A stretch of DNA of 64,000 nucleotides from Phoronis australis (GCA_002633005.1 NMRA01000641.1:169162-233161), one strand, 5' to 3'. Shown: positions 35,310 to 49,083, numbered from the stretch's first letter. The notes: generated from the sequence alone by a model not told the origin. Translations and numbers: made by a program.

Positions 35310-35752
35310 ATTCACAGCAAAGAAAGAACATGGCGGACTGTGAACGATTTTTAGCCTTGTCATGCAAGTGGCGTGACAGCAAATATTTTGTTTCTGCAGT
35401 AATGCTTAATAGCCGCGTGCTTGAAGCACATACAATGCACACACACCTGGCCGATTTAACCGGTGTATTATTCATACTGTTTGTGAATACAGCAGGACAG
35501 CAACTTTAAAAAGTCAGCTACAGTAGAAAAATGCACTCCGAAAAGGCACAACCACAACTTTCCGATACAACAGACCACAAACTATATCCGCATTTCCACT
35601 TCCTCCATCAGTCATGCCAGTTTGTTTAAGTAAAGCGCCAGCTGTTGAGAATTCGACCACCCAATCAGAAACGCTGGTGTAAAAAATCCGAGGAAAATGA
35701 ATGATACCTGCGTGTTACCTATCCCCTAGCGGACAGGCAGGGAACCAGCGAG
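35310..35752 (-). mobile_element. MITE family A, copy 2
   Basis: Reverse-complement similarity to the body of copy 1; ends gggaaccagcgag. Confidence 0.8.
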
Positions 35753-35754
35753 TA

Positions 35755-37490
35755 GGAATAGTTAATTAGTTGAAATGTGTGCTCTACTAAGTTCATCTAC
35801 CTAACTTCGTCTACCCGTTATTTAATTAGTGAATTACCGCAGGTGGGGCAGCGACTAGTGGAAATAGTTGAATTACGGTTGAAATGCGTATTGGTGTCTT
35901 TCAAGTTGTGAGCCTGTTGCTGACGTCATGTTTGTTATCAGCCTGCCCCCGTAGGTGTCGCAGCAATTAGTGGGAATAGTTGAATTAGTTGAAATGCGCA
36001 TTTGGTGTCTCCAAATTTGTGAGCCTTTTGCTGACGTCATGTACGTTATCTACTTGTTATTTAAGTCAGTGACCTTTGAGCACAGTGTCAGCATAACAAA
36101 GACGTGATTCATTGACCTTCCTGGCAGTCCGGTAGTAGGCCCATAGTTTTTCTGGCACTTAAATCAACCAACTGAATACATGCCTAATGCAATGTCATGT
36201 AAAGGTATTTACTAACTGAATCATGAGATGATTTATCAACGTTATCTGCCTAATTTTATATGCCCGTTATTTAACGAATTCCTGCAGGTGGCGCAGCGAT
36301 TAGAGTGAATAGTTGAATTACTTGAAAGTGTGTTCTGTGTATCTTAAGTTGCAGTGGCGGATCTAGGATATCACAAGGGGGGACCAACAGTTTGTCCGGC
36401 TGTAAGCATTTGCGCAAACCGAACCACGATTGTAGATGCGCATAGCACCGAATGGGGGGGGGGGGTTTGCCCCCTCCCGCTCAGGAAATTTTTTTGTTTT
36501 TACCTCTAAAAATCAAGCATTTTCCTTGATTCCTGAAGTATTATCCAAGAAAAAAAGGAAAAAAAAAACACGGAGAACGTGTCAAACAGGAAAAACTGAA
36601 CACACCAAAGACACGAACTCACGACCTAGCGCATAGAGAACACGTGCGTTACCACTACACCACCACGATTTAACTACTAATCTAGTAATAAAAGACCTAC
36701 TTGTTTATGGTCCACAGCGTTTGCGCGCGAAACCTACTTCTTTTCTTAATGCTATACCTTTTATATTTTGTGCCATCAATTCTTAACAAATTTGTCGTAT
36801 TTAAAATAGTCTTCAAATGCCCAAAAGACCAAATCCGTTTTTCGTGTTGGCAATAATGACGGGATTGCTTTGGAAATCGTCTTAAGATAAGGTTTGACAA
36901 AGAGAGTATTGCGAGTTTCTGAGTGATTCACAAAGGCTTCGATGAAAATTCACATCTCACCAGCAGCTTCTGTTTTTTCATCGTCACTCAGGTTCCATTC
37001 TCTTTAAAAAATGAAGTAAATTTTCTTCATTGCACTGAGTGGAGCAGAAAACGAGTCGTAGTGCGCAGCGCCACTGCCGGTCGCCTGGGATGTCGCGAGA
37101 GAGCCTATACTTAGCCATAGTTCCGTTACGAATGCGCCGTGTTCCAAATTTGACACTTGAAATTGGGTTTGAGCCCCCCCCCCAACACTTAAACTGCACA
37201 CATTTAAATCTTTTTTCATCCGTATAATTGTAATTACCGGGGTTAATTAATAAACTCACCATTTCCCTACGCTCTTACTGTTTTATTTTTTTTTGCGGCA
37301 GCCAAGGGGGGGGAGGGGCCGGGCCCCCTGGGCCCCCCCTCCTAAATCCGCCTATGAGTTGTGAGCCCGTTGTTGACGCCATGTACCTGATCCACAACCC
37401 GAAGATGGCGCATCAATTAATGGGAATAGCTGAATTAGTTGAAATGCGTATTTGATGACTCTCAAGTTATGAGCCCATTGCTGCCCCCCA
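35755..37490. repeat. Degenerate tandem repeat of about 115 bp, interrupted by a MITE
   Basis: ggaatagttgaattagttgaaatgcgtatttg..caagttgtgagcc..gctgacgtcatgt recurs near 35755, 35860, 35972, 36307 and 37422. Confidence 0.75.
36352..37356. mobile_element. MITE with CAGTGGCGGATC-type ends and a 5-bp TSD
   Basis: agttg|cagtggcggatctagg ... cctaaatccgcctatg|agttg; contains a tRNA-like piece at about 36611-36665 (-). Confidence 0.85.
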
Positions 37491-38386
37491 AACCGGAATA
37501 TGTTGCCTTTCGATGCCTCGACCAAGTTGACCGATAGTGGTATCTGAAATTTGGGACCACAAAGGACAGACATTAGAGAAGACAATTAGTTTGCCCTCCC
37601 NGCCATACTTTTCACTTTCTTACGGGCCTACTATTGGACTTTAAGAGGAAATGTCGATAATTCTGTCCTTACAAAATCATCAGGAATGTTGTAATTCGTG
37701 TAATTCCTTATAACTAGTGGTCTCCAAAGTTGCCAAGCGCCCATCATTTGGTTTTCATACTGCTGTGTATACCACAGCGGTAACCTTTGGGAGAGCGGAA
37801 TTTAGGGTGACGAAAGAGGTAATTGTCCCGGTTTTCTTAACATAAACGGTTACGTCGTTTAAAAAGTGAGACGAATGACAATTGATTCGATCGGCGACAC
37901 TAGTCGATAGCGGTCCCTTAAGATCAATGATTATAAACAAAAAATAGGAAAGTGGTTATGGGTACCGTCATTGGCGCACCAAAAATATCAATCGTAGCAA
38001 AATGATGCTTCGCAACTCTTTTACACCCTATAAATTTTGGAGTCAGTTCGAGCGCCTTGCATTATCTGCTTAATCGATTTAACCGACTTGCTTGGCTTGG
38101 GAGAAACCTTCTGTCTCCATCCACATGATACATTTATTGGCACAATGAGGATGTTGAAGCAGTCTCCCATAGGAGGCACTAATGTACAATGAAACTAAAT
38201 CAGTTTATTGTAATCATCAAAACATGGTTCAACATTGCATTGAAAACTAAAGAATGTTCCTGATCTAAAACCAAGAGGCGATCATGATTAGGTATAAAAC
38301 GATTCTATGGTGAGTCACAACGAAAATACATATTGACTTCAATAGTATTAAAATTGTCTTATTTTGATCACTGAATAAATAGCTTT

Positions 38387-39078
38387 TTACAAATTGTTCG
38401 TCCTTGTTTCTGAATTTTTGTCAGTTTCATCATTCGACAGTTTTATTTTTTGCGTTGGCCGGCAAATTTCTGTATGTTCCTTTAAATCTTTCATCTCCGA
38501 GTTAGCCTGTAAAGTAACCGTCTTGCTCGCTTCCTCGTCATAACCCTTGTTTTCAGTTTCAGTCTGCAGTGTCGACGTCTCCCCAAGTACTTGTACATCT
38601 GTTTTTTCTGTAACTGCATCTGATGTCACGCTCTCTACCGGTGCTGTTTGCTCTTGAGTGCCTTTTCCGCCATCTCTTACGGATTCTGTCTTTACTGACA
38701 ACACAGATACGTCTTCTTTAGTCTTCCTCGAAGCTTTAGACGAGGCTGACGTCACAAAAGTTTCTAACGAATGAGGATATCTTAATCGATGCTTTCCAAT
38801 GGCACGCATACGATTACGTCGCAATCGCAGAAAGCAGCGACATACCAGCATTATAGCACAGATTGTGACTATTCCACCGACTGAAAATGCAATCCACATC
38901 GCTTGACCTGATAGTCCAAGAAAATTCCGTTCTTTATGCAACTCTTCAAATCCGTCATAGAGATCGCCTCCTGTGTAATATCCGTCTGATACTCCCCCGT
39001 AGAGCCTATATGCAATACAATAATCGTAATCCAGCTTCAAAGTTTTGGCATCGACGGACACTGGTGGATCTAAGACGC
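38387..39078 (-). CDS. Type-I membrane protein, last exon: stalk, transmembrane helix and low-complexity cytoplasmic tail
   Basis: ctctcaccag| phase 1; AMWIAFSVGGIVTICAIMLVC hydrophobic helix followed by RCFLRLRRNRMR; S/T/E/K-rich tail; AATAAA (-) at 38204-38209. Confidence 0.82.
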
Positions 39079-40182
39079 CTGGTGAGAGAAAGTACAAAGC
39101 TTTTTACATCTGTCATTTCGTTGTTGTTCTACATCGACACGTATGTGACCAATGGCTTTAGAGATAGCAAAGCCTTGTATTGAAATATAAATCAACCTGC
39201 TTAATGAATGTATGACGCGTATATACGCGAACATCCTAGAAGCAATGATTAAAACTTTCGTGAATATTTCCGAATTTTGTCAAATGTTTTATTAAGAACT
39301 TCGAGCACTTATTGTAAACAATGTTTGGCATTGCTTTTTGAAAGTTTAATACAATATAAATAAAAATATGCGACGCGATATGCCCACAATGCAAGAGTGA
39401 TATGCCCACAATGCAAGAGTGATATGCCCGGTTCGGCGAATGTATTACACAATTGCTGAATAGTCGTTGCACAAGTACATAAGGAAAACGTGAGTGCGTC
39501 ATGTCAGATGTTGCAGAATTAATGATAACAAGGTTTGGGTGTACTTTTAAAAAAAATGTTCATGATAGAATATTAAAGAAAATCGTGACAGCATTCCAAC
39601 ACGTTGATCATTGATCCGAGAAACAGCTGATAGATTGAAATGAGCCAAAAGGCAAATGCTCTTTTTATTTTGTCCCATCCTGTACATCCGCAAGGAGTCA
39701 CGTGCACTACTACGATAAGACATTGCCGCACACAAGTGTCAATTAAATAATTCGGGCTGATGCCCAATTTTGGTACTCGGAATTTCTTTATAGTCAAGTT
39801 AACTCTGGTCATCATCGCTGGCGTCTCCAAGGTATTTCAATTCTTTTATTTGAGTTAACTCTGAAATGTTATAGGTCTTTTCCAAAAATATGTAATGATG
39901 TAACTAGATTGTTGGCAGCACATTTATTGTGATTGAGAGGAAAATTACGCAATTCGACTCAATAAAAATAAAGTATAATTGATAATAAAAATCAAATACT
40001 TATGTGCGTATTAAATAGCCCCTAGGCCGGTACCAGAATAATGTGTTCTAATAACATTTCTGTTTTAAGCGTTTTGTACAACACGTATGTGCCTTAGTAG
40101 AGAGTCGCGCGTTTTCATGAGTATTTTGTCCATTCCGTCAGTACGTTGAGAATTGGGAAAATATTGACAACAAATGTCTCAC

Positions 40183-40548
40183 TTGTGCATTCGTAATGTA
40201 CTACGAGAATCCCCCGACTGCTGCCGCAGTACTTCAGAGTCTGCTGTTTCAATAGTCCAATTTCTTCCCTCTCCAGAGCGTAGTAACACGACGACCGCTT
40301 TGCACAGTAGTAGGTGAACGGAGTCAAGAACATTGTGTCAGTGACAGGCATGAAGCACTCGCGGTCGTGCATACAGCACTCAGTGTTGTCCCCTGGGTAA
40401 GAAGACACCGCCGAACTGCATACGTCAGTGTCGTTGTTGACAGTGGCATAAATAAGTATAGGTCTTATAGCGTACTGACCTACAAGCCCGTATTGTGAGC
40501 ACTTCATACACACCGCTGGGACGTCGCCATCCAAACAAACGAAGGTCC
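40183..40548 (-). CDS. Type-I membrane protein, exon 3: Cys-rich ectodomain (SUEL/Gal-lectin-like)
   Basis: ttctctcccaag|(R)TFVCLDGD..CMKC...C..CC....C...YYCAKRSSCYY...YCG...LVVHYECT|gtgaga; symmetrical phase 1-1 exon. Confidence 0.8.
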
Positions 40549-41568
40549 CTTGGGAGAGAAGCAAACGTAAACTGTACATTGGCACAAACGTAAACAAAAA
40601 CTGACAGTGTTCATTGTTTTTATTTAAAATTGCGATGATATACTGATTTTCGTAACAAAGTCAGTACTTTCGTTAGTTACTCTTCGAGTTTGTTCAAGTT
40701 AACTGGTTCTCCGCCAGTAAAGGACCCGTACGCAGCTAACCTCCACTAACTCACTGGTGGTTAAAAGTGATGAACTCGAAAATGATGGTACCATAATACA
40801 TACGGTGATCGCTTCATGCCTTTTGCATCACACCAGGAGCCCTTTAGCCCACGGTTGGACCCAAAACACCGACCACCTAGTTATGACTTACGGGCAGCCT
40901 TTAGCATAAGTGAAATCTGCCAGTGTTTTTCTCAAAAAGTTAGAAAGAAACTGTGATTTCCTCCCGGCAGGCTATGTGTCCATCGAATAGAAGGCTCTGC
41001 AGGGCAAATTTCTTCTAAATATTGAGGGTCTCGCCTTGCATGTTGCATTTAGGAAAATAGAGCTTGTTGTGCCTTATGATATTCTGGTGCTAAGTTAAAT
41101 TGTAGTACCACGTGACTTTCTGCATCACCTGCCGAACGGGAAGCCTGTTTGAGCATTATAAGTTTCTGAGAACCCTTGATAGTATTATTTGCAGATGGAG
41201 CTCCTCCGTGCACCTGCTGTGAATTGCGGCATCCACTATCACCTTAAGGTGCCGTACTGCACATGAAGCGCAGGTTTCCTATTAAAAAACAAGATCCACG
41301 TGCTCCGTGTCAGTAGTTTCATCATCGTTAATACCAGTATGAGTACAGTACGCATGGGTAGCTAGCTCCTTAAGCTGCCATGGGGTTAACCTCATCTATG
41401 CAGACCTGGACCTCAAGAGAGAGATGGGGGAGGGAGAGAGGGGGGAAGGGGAGAGGGGGGCTTACAAAAGATAAAGGGCAAGTGAAATCATTCACAATAT
41501 CAATGACAATTGTAAGCTAAATGACGGCCCATTAAAACAACGTTAAGAGCAAAGACATTTTTTCTTAC

Positions 41569-41666
41569 GTATTGTTTTACCCTGGGTCAGATTTCTCTTT
41601 GCCTCTGATCTCGACCATTCTTGAAGCGACGGCTTCCCCTGAAGCACCAGCAGGGTAGTACAAAGC
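41569..41666 (-). CDS. Type-I membrane protein, exon 2
   Basis: ttttag|(W)LCTTLLVLQGKPSLQEWSRSEAKRNLTQGKTI+C|gtaaga; phase 2 to 1. Confidence 0.62.
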
Positions 41667-42509
41667 CTAAAATGAACGTTAAATCTACCTTAAATCTGGG
41701 TTCCGTCAAAGAAACTAAATTTTAATTTAGATCACGCGCCGCCATAAAACTGATCACAGCTTGTGCTTATTCACATGAGAATTGGTTGACGGGTTTGCGA
41801 ACACCTGGCTGTGCTCGGCGTCTAAAATGACCCGCCGTGAGAAGCCAAAACAATATCACGTTATAAAGAATTGTCGGTTCTTTTTGAGCCCAGAAATCGT
41901 CTAATTTGCATAAGGGATACGTTGAGACCAATCTCGTAACAGTAGGCTTAAGGGGTACAAAATGAAAATTAGTTTTTGACAGCGGGCGAGTTCATAGTTG
42001 CTGTAAAAAGCACAATGTAGGGCCTATACCTTCCTCAACATACACTCGATTTTTCCAAAACTCTCTGAAAACGATTTTCCAGACGTTTGCAACGAGTGTT
42101 GCAATATTCATCAGATCGAGGTGCTGAGAAAATGAAAAGGAACCAGTTTTTATTCTCTGACTCCAAAAACAGAGAGCATCAGTACTGAGCCATCTTTCAC
42201 GTAACTCTAATACAGGGATTCCAAATCATACTCGCAGCTGCCCATTTAAGTTTGAATTACTGCCTTTACAGGGCCAACTCGCTCGCTTAAACTCAATTGA
42301 CATTTTTCTACATCAATATTGCAAAGTTTCTACTTGTGAATGAAAACGTCTCTTCCAGGATTTAAAGGAACCAAACATTTATTACCCGTTTTCCTACAGT
42401 GAACGGAGAAGTGGAAGACACATATAGTCTATAGAGAATCCTACACTCGTCTCAAGTTTATGACATGGGCAAAATCTCGTGGAAATTTCGTCAAAATCCC
42501 TCGGCAAGC

Positions 42510-45500
42510 TGTGACGTGATGTTCTATTACGCGTTTTATTCGGAGTTTTGGACTTTAGGTATAACGATAGTTTAGTCAGATCTACTTCCTGTTGTCATCA
42601 ACTTCCTGTCTCAGGCTATGAGGTCATGATATAATAAAGTTATGCTTTATTAGTTAAAATCTACGAGTTAACAGCAATTCGTTACATGGTGGCAGCGTGA
42701 ACAGCACCTTGATAAACCACTGAAGAGACGAGCAGACAAAATTCATGAAAAAGCATTGTGGTTTTGCTCATTAAACTCTAAACTAGTGAGCCTGATCCGG
42801 TGAGTTCATTCCAAATCTTACTCTGACTTGACTTTAAAGACGTGCTTAAGAAGTCCCTGGTGTCAGACTGCAACTCACAATGGCCCACGCATATAGTTTA
42901 CCCCCTCCCTCCCCCTTGGATCTGCACTCTAACAATGTGGCAGAAGGTTAGAGGAAATTCCGGAATGTGTGGGCGAATTACTCGCTGACATCGGAATTAA
43001 CCAAGAAGCCCGAAAACGTCTAGGTGGCGACACTCCTTACTGTAATTGGAGAGGAAGCAAGAGATCTTTTCTTTACCTTCGACATGACTGATGCCGAAAG
43101 AGATTGGTACTGCAATGGACATGTTTGCGGCGTATAGCGAACCAAAAAAGAACACCCGATTTGAGAGATACTGCTTAAATAAGCGTATAGAGGAAGCGGG
43201 CGAATCGTGCGAACAGTACAAGGTGGCTTTGCGAAAATTGGCCGAGACTGGTGCGAGTTTGCCGACATCACGCCAGACGACATACTCAGAGACCGTTTGG
43301 TATTCGGCATTAGAGATCCCAAAGTTGGTTGGAAAGGCTACAACGGGCGTCCATGCAGACACCACTAGAAAGACACGCCAGTCAACACAGAGAAACGAAA
43401 AACAGACACAGACGAGCAAACAGAATGAGTGCCAAAAATGTGGACTCAAGCATGGTGAAAAATGTCCTGCGAAAGGAAAGTAATGCGATAAATGCAGAAA
43501 ATTTAACCATTTTGCGGTTAAATGTAGGGGTGGCGCATCTATAAAGAAGGTCAATACATTGTATGAAGAGGACCACCCCCAAACGTACACAGTCTCTAAT
43601 ATAGAAGACCTTTCGCCCCGATAGATAACACTTTATTTTGAAAACGGGAACTTTGTGAAGTTTCAGATCGACAGCGGAGCTGACACATCAGTTATCCCAC
43701 TCCACGTCCGAAAGGAAGCTACGGGACACCATACACTGAGCAAACTGGAGGCAGTGGCATCGTGCATAGAGGCCTATGGAGGAAGCTAACTTCCGACGAT
43801 GGGTCGAGTGATTCTAGGTGTTTCGAGATTTGATTGAAGGTGCAAACATCAGATGTCTAGTGGTGGACAATCCCAATGGAAGACCCCTGCGAGGGTAGAA
43901 GTACTCAAATACTCAGACAACTACGAAATGAGACGACCGTGCCCTTGGGATGCTAAGATATTCAAGATTACCACGACGACGGCATCAAAACCAGTTACAA
44001 AAGATTTCGTAAAAGCGATCCCAGATGTATTCAGTGACAATTAAGGTGGGAATGCTTGAAGGGGGCATGGCATCAGACTGGATGACAGGGTGCCAGCTGT
44101 ACAGCATGCATCACGCAGGGTACCAGTGCCCCTCAGGGAACCCTTGAAAGCGAAGCTGGATGTTCTTGTCAAGGATGGGATCATTGCTCCGGTTGAAAAG
44201 CCCACGGAGTGGATCAACTCTATGGTTGTTGTCCGTAAAAAGGCAATGACCTGCGCATCTGTTTGGACCCCAAACATCTGAATGAGGCCATTCTTTGAGA
44301 GCACTACGAGATGCCAACCGTGCAAGACATCGCTACAAGATTACACAACGCAAAAGTATTTTCCGTGCTTGACGTGACCAAAGGATTTTAGCATGTATCT
44401 TTAACTGAAGATTCATCCCGGTTGACAGCCTTCCACACATCCTTTGGGAGATATAGATGGCTCCGTCTCCCCTTTGGAAAAAAGTCAGCACCAGAGGTAT
44501 TTCAAACACACAAGGCTTACGTGGCGTTGAGGTCCAGGCGGACGACTTCCTGGTAGTCGGTTTTGCGGACACTACAGAAGTTGTACGTAATCACGACAAC
44601 AATCTCTCTACATTCTTACAACGATGCAAGGACAAGCATGTAGTACTGAACCATAAGAAATTCAAGTTTAGGCAATCCTCTGTGGAATTCATCGGTCACA
44701 TAGCCTCGGATAAAGGTATTCAGGTCGACCCAAGTAAACTCCAAGCTGTTTTGGAAATGCCGTCTCCAGAAGACGTCAAGGGTGTCCAGAGACTCTTAGG
44801 TATGGCACAATACTTGGGTAAGTTTTTGCCCACCCTCTCCAGAATTGTGGAACCTTTGAGAGCCCTTACACGAAAGGAAGTTCCTTGGTCCTGGGATGTG
44901 TAACAGGTGCAGGCGTTCGATAAACTCAAGCAGACCATCACAAGTACTCCCGTTTTGCGATACTACTACCTGGATGAAGAGCTGACGATACAATGCGATG
45001 CATCCCAGTCCGGACTTGGCGCAGCTTTGTTGCAGACTGGACAATCCGTGGCCTAAGCATCTCGAGCACTTACTTCTGCTGAGCAAAACTATGCTCAAAT
45101 CGAGAATGAGCTATTAGCCATTGTCTTTTCCTGTGAGCGGTTCAATACATACATCTATGGTAGAGATCGTGTGACAGTCAACACAGATCACAAACCCTTG
45201 GAAATGATTGTAAAGAAGCCCCTGTATCAGTCACCGAAAAGGCTACAGCGCATCTACCTAAGGCTGCAGAAATATGCATTAACCATTACGTACGTTAAAG
45301 GAGAGAGCCTTTTCTTAGCGGATACTCTAAGTAGAGCATATCTGAAAGATACCTGTGAGGTGAAAGAGGTAGTTACCATCAACCATGTAGAAGAATCAGA
45401 TGCTTTGACAAATGACCTTTGGAGACAATTGGCAGCAGAGTCAGCCGAAGACCCAGTTCTTTCGGAGCTGAACAAGATGTTCATGCTGGCTGGCCAGGCA

Positions 45501-46810
45501 AACGCGCGTAGTTATCAGGTTCTACTTCACTACTTTAGTATGCGCGACCAGCTGGTGAGTGAAGGACTCTTGGTGTTTAGAGGATGCCAGGTGACCATTC
45601 TCAGGAGTATGAGGAGGCAAATGTTGTCTCAACTGCACTTAACTCACATTGGAATAGATGGGTCTATTCAACGGGCTAAAGAGTCCATGTACTGGGCGGG
45701 CATGGCAGGTGACATCAGAGAATTCATCACACAATGTGACACATGTCTGTCATATCGGTCGAATCAACCAAGGGAGACTCTGATGGCACATCCAGTGATA
45801 ACCTTACCATGCGCAAAGATTGCGGCTGACCTGTGCGATTTCAATGGGAGAACTTAACTTGTGTTGGTGGATTTCTACAGCAATTATATGGAAGTCGCCA
45901 ATTTGTCTTCAACGACATCCAGAGCTGTCATCAAAGAGATGATGAAAATCTTCGCTGTACATGGTGTTCTCCATGAGGTCTTTAGCGAAAATTGGCCTCA
46001 GTTCAGAGCAGCAGAATTTGCAGTGTTTGCAGGAAAATGGAAATTTGTGTATAACACGTCATTTCCTCGTTATGCGCAATCCAACGGCAAGGCAGAAAAT
46101 GCAGTAAAGACGGTGAAGCGGTTGTTCAAGAAATGTCACTCGGACAAAACCTCAGAATTTCAAGCTTTGCTTGACCGGCGAAACACACCAACTGAAGGTA
46201 TGCCCACGAGCCCCGCTGAACGTCTCATGGGACGAAGATGTCGCACCTTGTTACCGATGACAGATCGCCTACTGGAGCCACGACACCCCAAGGAAGGTGA
46301 CATTCGCGATCTAAAAGGACGCAAGGAGCGACAGCGTTTCTAATACGAAAAAGGCGCAAAGGATCTACCCACAATTGAGCTTGGTGATACTGTGCGTCTG
46401 AAGGTGCCGGGTGAGAACAAGTATTCCCCAAGAATCTGCCGCAACCAGGTCGGTCCGAGTAGTTACGACATCCAAGTGGGACCAACAGTCTATAGGAGGA
46501 ATCGGCGAAATCTGCTGAAAACAGAAGAGCCCAGAGTGGCTGATGACCACACAACACAAGAGTCACCGACTGAGTCAACAACTCCAGAGGAGGATATTCC
46601 TGGAGCTTGTCCAGAAGGAGTCCAACCACGACGGTCGACTCGCGCGAGACGTAGGCTACACTTCAGCGATTCGCGGACTTTGTTCTTAGTTCACAGTTTT
46701 CTAGTTCAGAGACTTTTGATAAGCTTTCACTTCAGAAAGGGAAGGATGTGACGAGATTTTCTATCACGCGTTTTATTTGGAGTTTTGGACTTTGGTTGTA
46801 ATGATAGGCT
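42510..46810 (+). mobile_element. Decayed Ty3/Gypsy LTR retrotransposon (Mag-like) in putative intron 1 of the membrane-protein gene, antisense to it
   Basis: 5' LTR TGTGAC..GTTACA 42510-42686; PBS TGGTGGCAGCG; gag double knuckle CQKCGLKH..CPAKGK*CDKCRKFNHFAVKC; protease IDSGAD; RT ADDFLV; RNaseH CDASQSGLGA; integrase H..H..CDTC and QSNGKAE; PPT agaaagggaagga; partial 3' LTR from 46747; many stops and frameshifts. Confidence 0.95.
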
Positions 46811-47313
46811 ATATTTATCCCATTGGCGTCACCAATTCTCGAGTTTCTTTTTTCACCGATTATTTATTCAAATATTCTCCTTCCACGGGATTGCGTTCAT
46901 GCCACAACAAATTATCGGAATTCGTTTCAAGTTTAAGTATTTTAATGTCAGCAAACCGAATTTCTGAACAAACTTAGCTGCTGCAACGATGCCATCATTC
47001 CCCGACAGATTTCGCGAAAAATTGGGAAATGCCGCGTGCGCTTGTCACGAACGTACTGTCACTTAAACGGTTGTAACGGGCAAGGTGAGAGCCGGTATAC
47101 TGTCAAACATTGTACGCACTCCGGCCTGTCATTAGCTCTACATGTTAAACACGCATAGCCTCATTAAATTGTGTATATGCAAATGAAGTACTGATTTACA
47201 CAAACAACCCGGGATCTCTTGTGCGCCAGAAACCATCTGAAAACCAGTTACTATTACAATCTCGCGAAAGACTCGTTTTCCGAGACTTCTCCATTCAAAT
47301 GAATATGGTAGTA

Positions 47314-47865
47314 CTCGCTGGCTCCTTGCTTGTCGCTAGGTTGTAAAGAACACACGCAGGTATCATTTAATTAGTCCTCGGGAAAACACCGGCGTTTCTG
47401 ATTAGCTGGTTGAATTCTCAAAAGGTAGCGCTTTACGCAAACAAACTGGTATGACTGATGGAGGAAGTGTAGTGTGGTCTGTCACGTACAGACAAATCGG
47501 TGCTTAATTCATCTTCAAGAAATGTGGTTGTGTGTTATCAGAGTGCACCTTTCTACTTTCACTGACTTTTGTTTACGTTGCTGTCCTGTATTCATACAGT
47601 ATGAATAAAACACCGGTTAAACCGGCCAGATGTGTGTTTATTGTACATGAATGTGCTCCAAGCACGCGGCTATTAAACATTACTGCAGAAACGAAATAGT
47701 TGCTGCTACGCCACTTGCATAACAAGGCTAAAAATCGTTCATAGTCCGCCATTTTCTCTCTTTATTGTAAAACTAACCAATGACTGTCGAGGTTACATCA
47801 ACCAGTGGTAAAGCGCGTGTTACTGGATGATACCTGCGTGTGATCTCTACAGGCAGAGAACCAAG
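47314..47865 (+). mobile_element. MITE family A, copy 3
   Basis: Starts ta|ctcgctgg; body colinear with 18690-19200. Confidence 0.82.
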
Positions 47866-48408
47866 AACGAATGATACTAGGCCTATTTCATCGTAACCCT
47901 AATGAAAAAAGCATATTTTTTTTGTTTATTTCACCATCAAATAACGGTTTCGTAATACTTGGAATCAATAGGGTTTTTTATATGTTCACACCTGTTTTTA
48001 ACTGTATCAGTTGCAGCGTTTTCTTTAAAACCGCAATTTATTGGTTTCTTGTATACACAGTTCTCTAGGAAGTCACTAGGTGGCGTTTGCTACAAATTTA
48101 AATATTCACGGTTTTAGTATGACATAGCATTTTTAATATACCGGTAAGTTTCACGACGAGGTGGTAAGCAGAAGTATCCAGGCTGCGTGAAATTTCGGGA
48201 TCTAACGGAGCTCAACACACAGTGTCAGTGGTACCTAGATGTATTTTGACGATAGTTTTCATGCAGACGGGGACTATTACAGTACATGATAGAGCTAGCT
48301 GGCTGGTTAACTGGCTGTTTGTTGAAGTTGCGAATCTATTTCCATAACATACATGTAACCTTTAAGTGAAATAATGATCAAAAGACGAATAAAGAACTGA
48401 ATTCTTAC

Positions 48409-48416
48409 CAAAACAT
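48409..48416 (-). CDS. Type-I membrane protein, putative coding exon 1 (ATG TTT TG)
   Basis: Strong GTAAGA donor; phase 2 joins exon 2 to give MFWLCTTLLVLQGKPSLQ, a signal-like peptide. Confidence 0.5.
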
Positions 48417-48774
48417 ACCGGGAGCAATAAACTAGTCCAAGGCATTCTTAAAACACAGAGAATGCAATCGTCATTCTGATGTCGTTTGAAGGTAATATAT
48501 CGCAAAAATGAAGTCATCTAATATGAAGTGAAGTTGCTTTCTGTTAGCCGCGTGATTACGCGTGCTTATGGTTATTTGGTAATAAAGTGTGGGAAAATAT
48601 TCCCTTCGCTCAAAACACTAACACAATAGAAATGAAATAAGAAAAAAGCATGAAATTTTTGAGAAACCCAGATGAGAAAACATATCAAGTTTAAGTCTAA
48701 TTCTGGAATAAAAACTTACAAAAAATAGCGACATTGCGTCCGCATCTCACGGACTTCAGCTTGGCTTGTGACGT

Positions 48775-48860
48775 TTGTAGAAAATTTCTTGATGATCGGG
48801 ACTTGAACCCGGGATGCAAGAGCGAAAGTCAAGCATCTACACCATTCGGCCAAGAGGCAC
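48775..48860 (-). mobile_element. tRNA-derived (Glu/Asp-like) SINE-type head
   Basis: Reverse complement has A box TGGCCGAATGG and B box GGTTCAAGTCC; acceptor stem does not pair; same family as 49194-49275. Confidence 0.65.
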
Positions 48861-49083
48861 TTGCCGCTTGGCAAGCGGCTTAGAGAGGCTTTATCTGACT
48901 GTACGTGTCGTGACAACCGGAAGTCACGCTTCACAACACCACTCCCCCTTCCGCGGAACAGGCGCGAACCCTGGCTCAGCAACACCGTAGCGTCCTGGAA
49001 TTCAACCTCAGCAACGCTCTCTTATGTGTTCTGAATCCACCAGTACCAGGTCGCACCCTCTCCATCCGCCGCTCTTAATCTCA

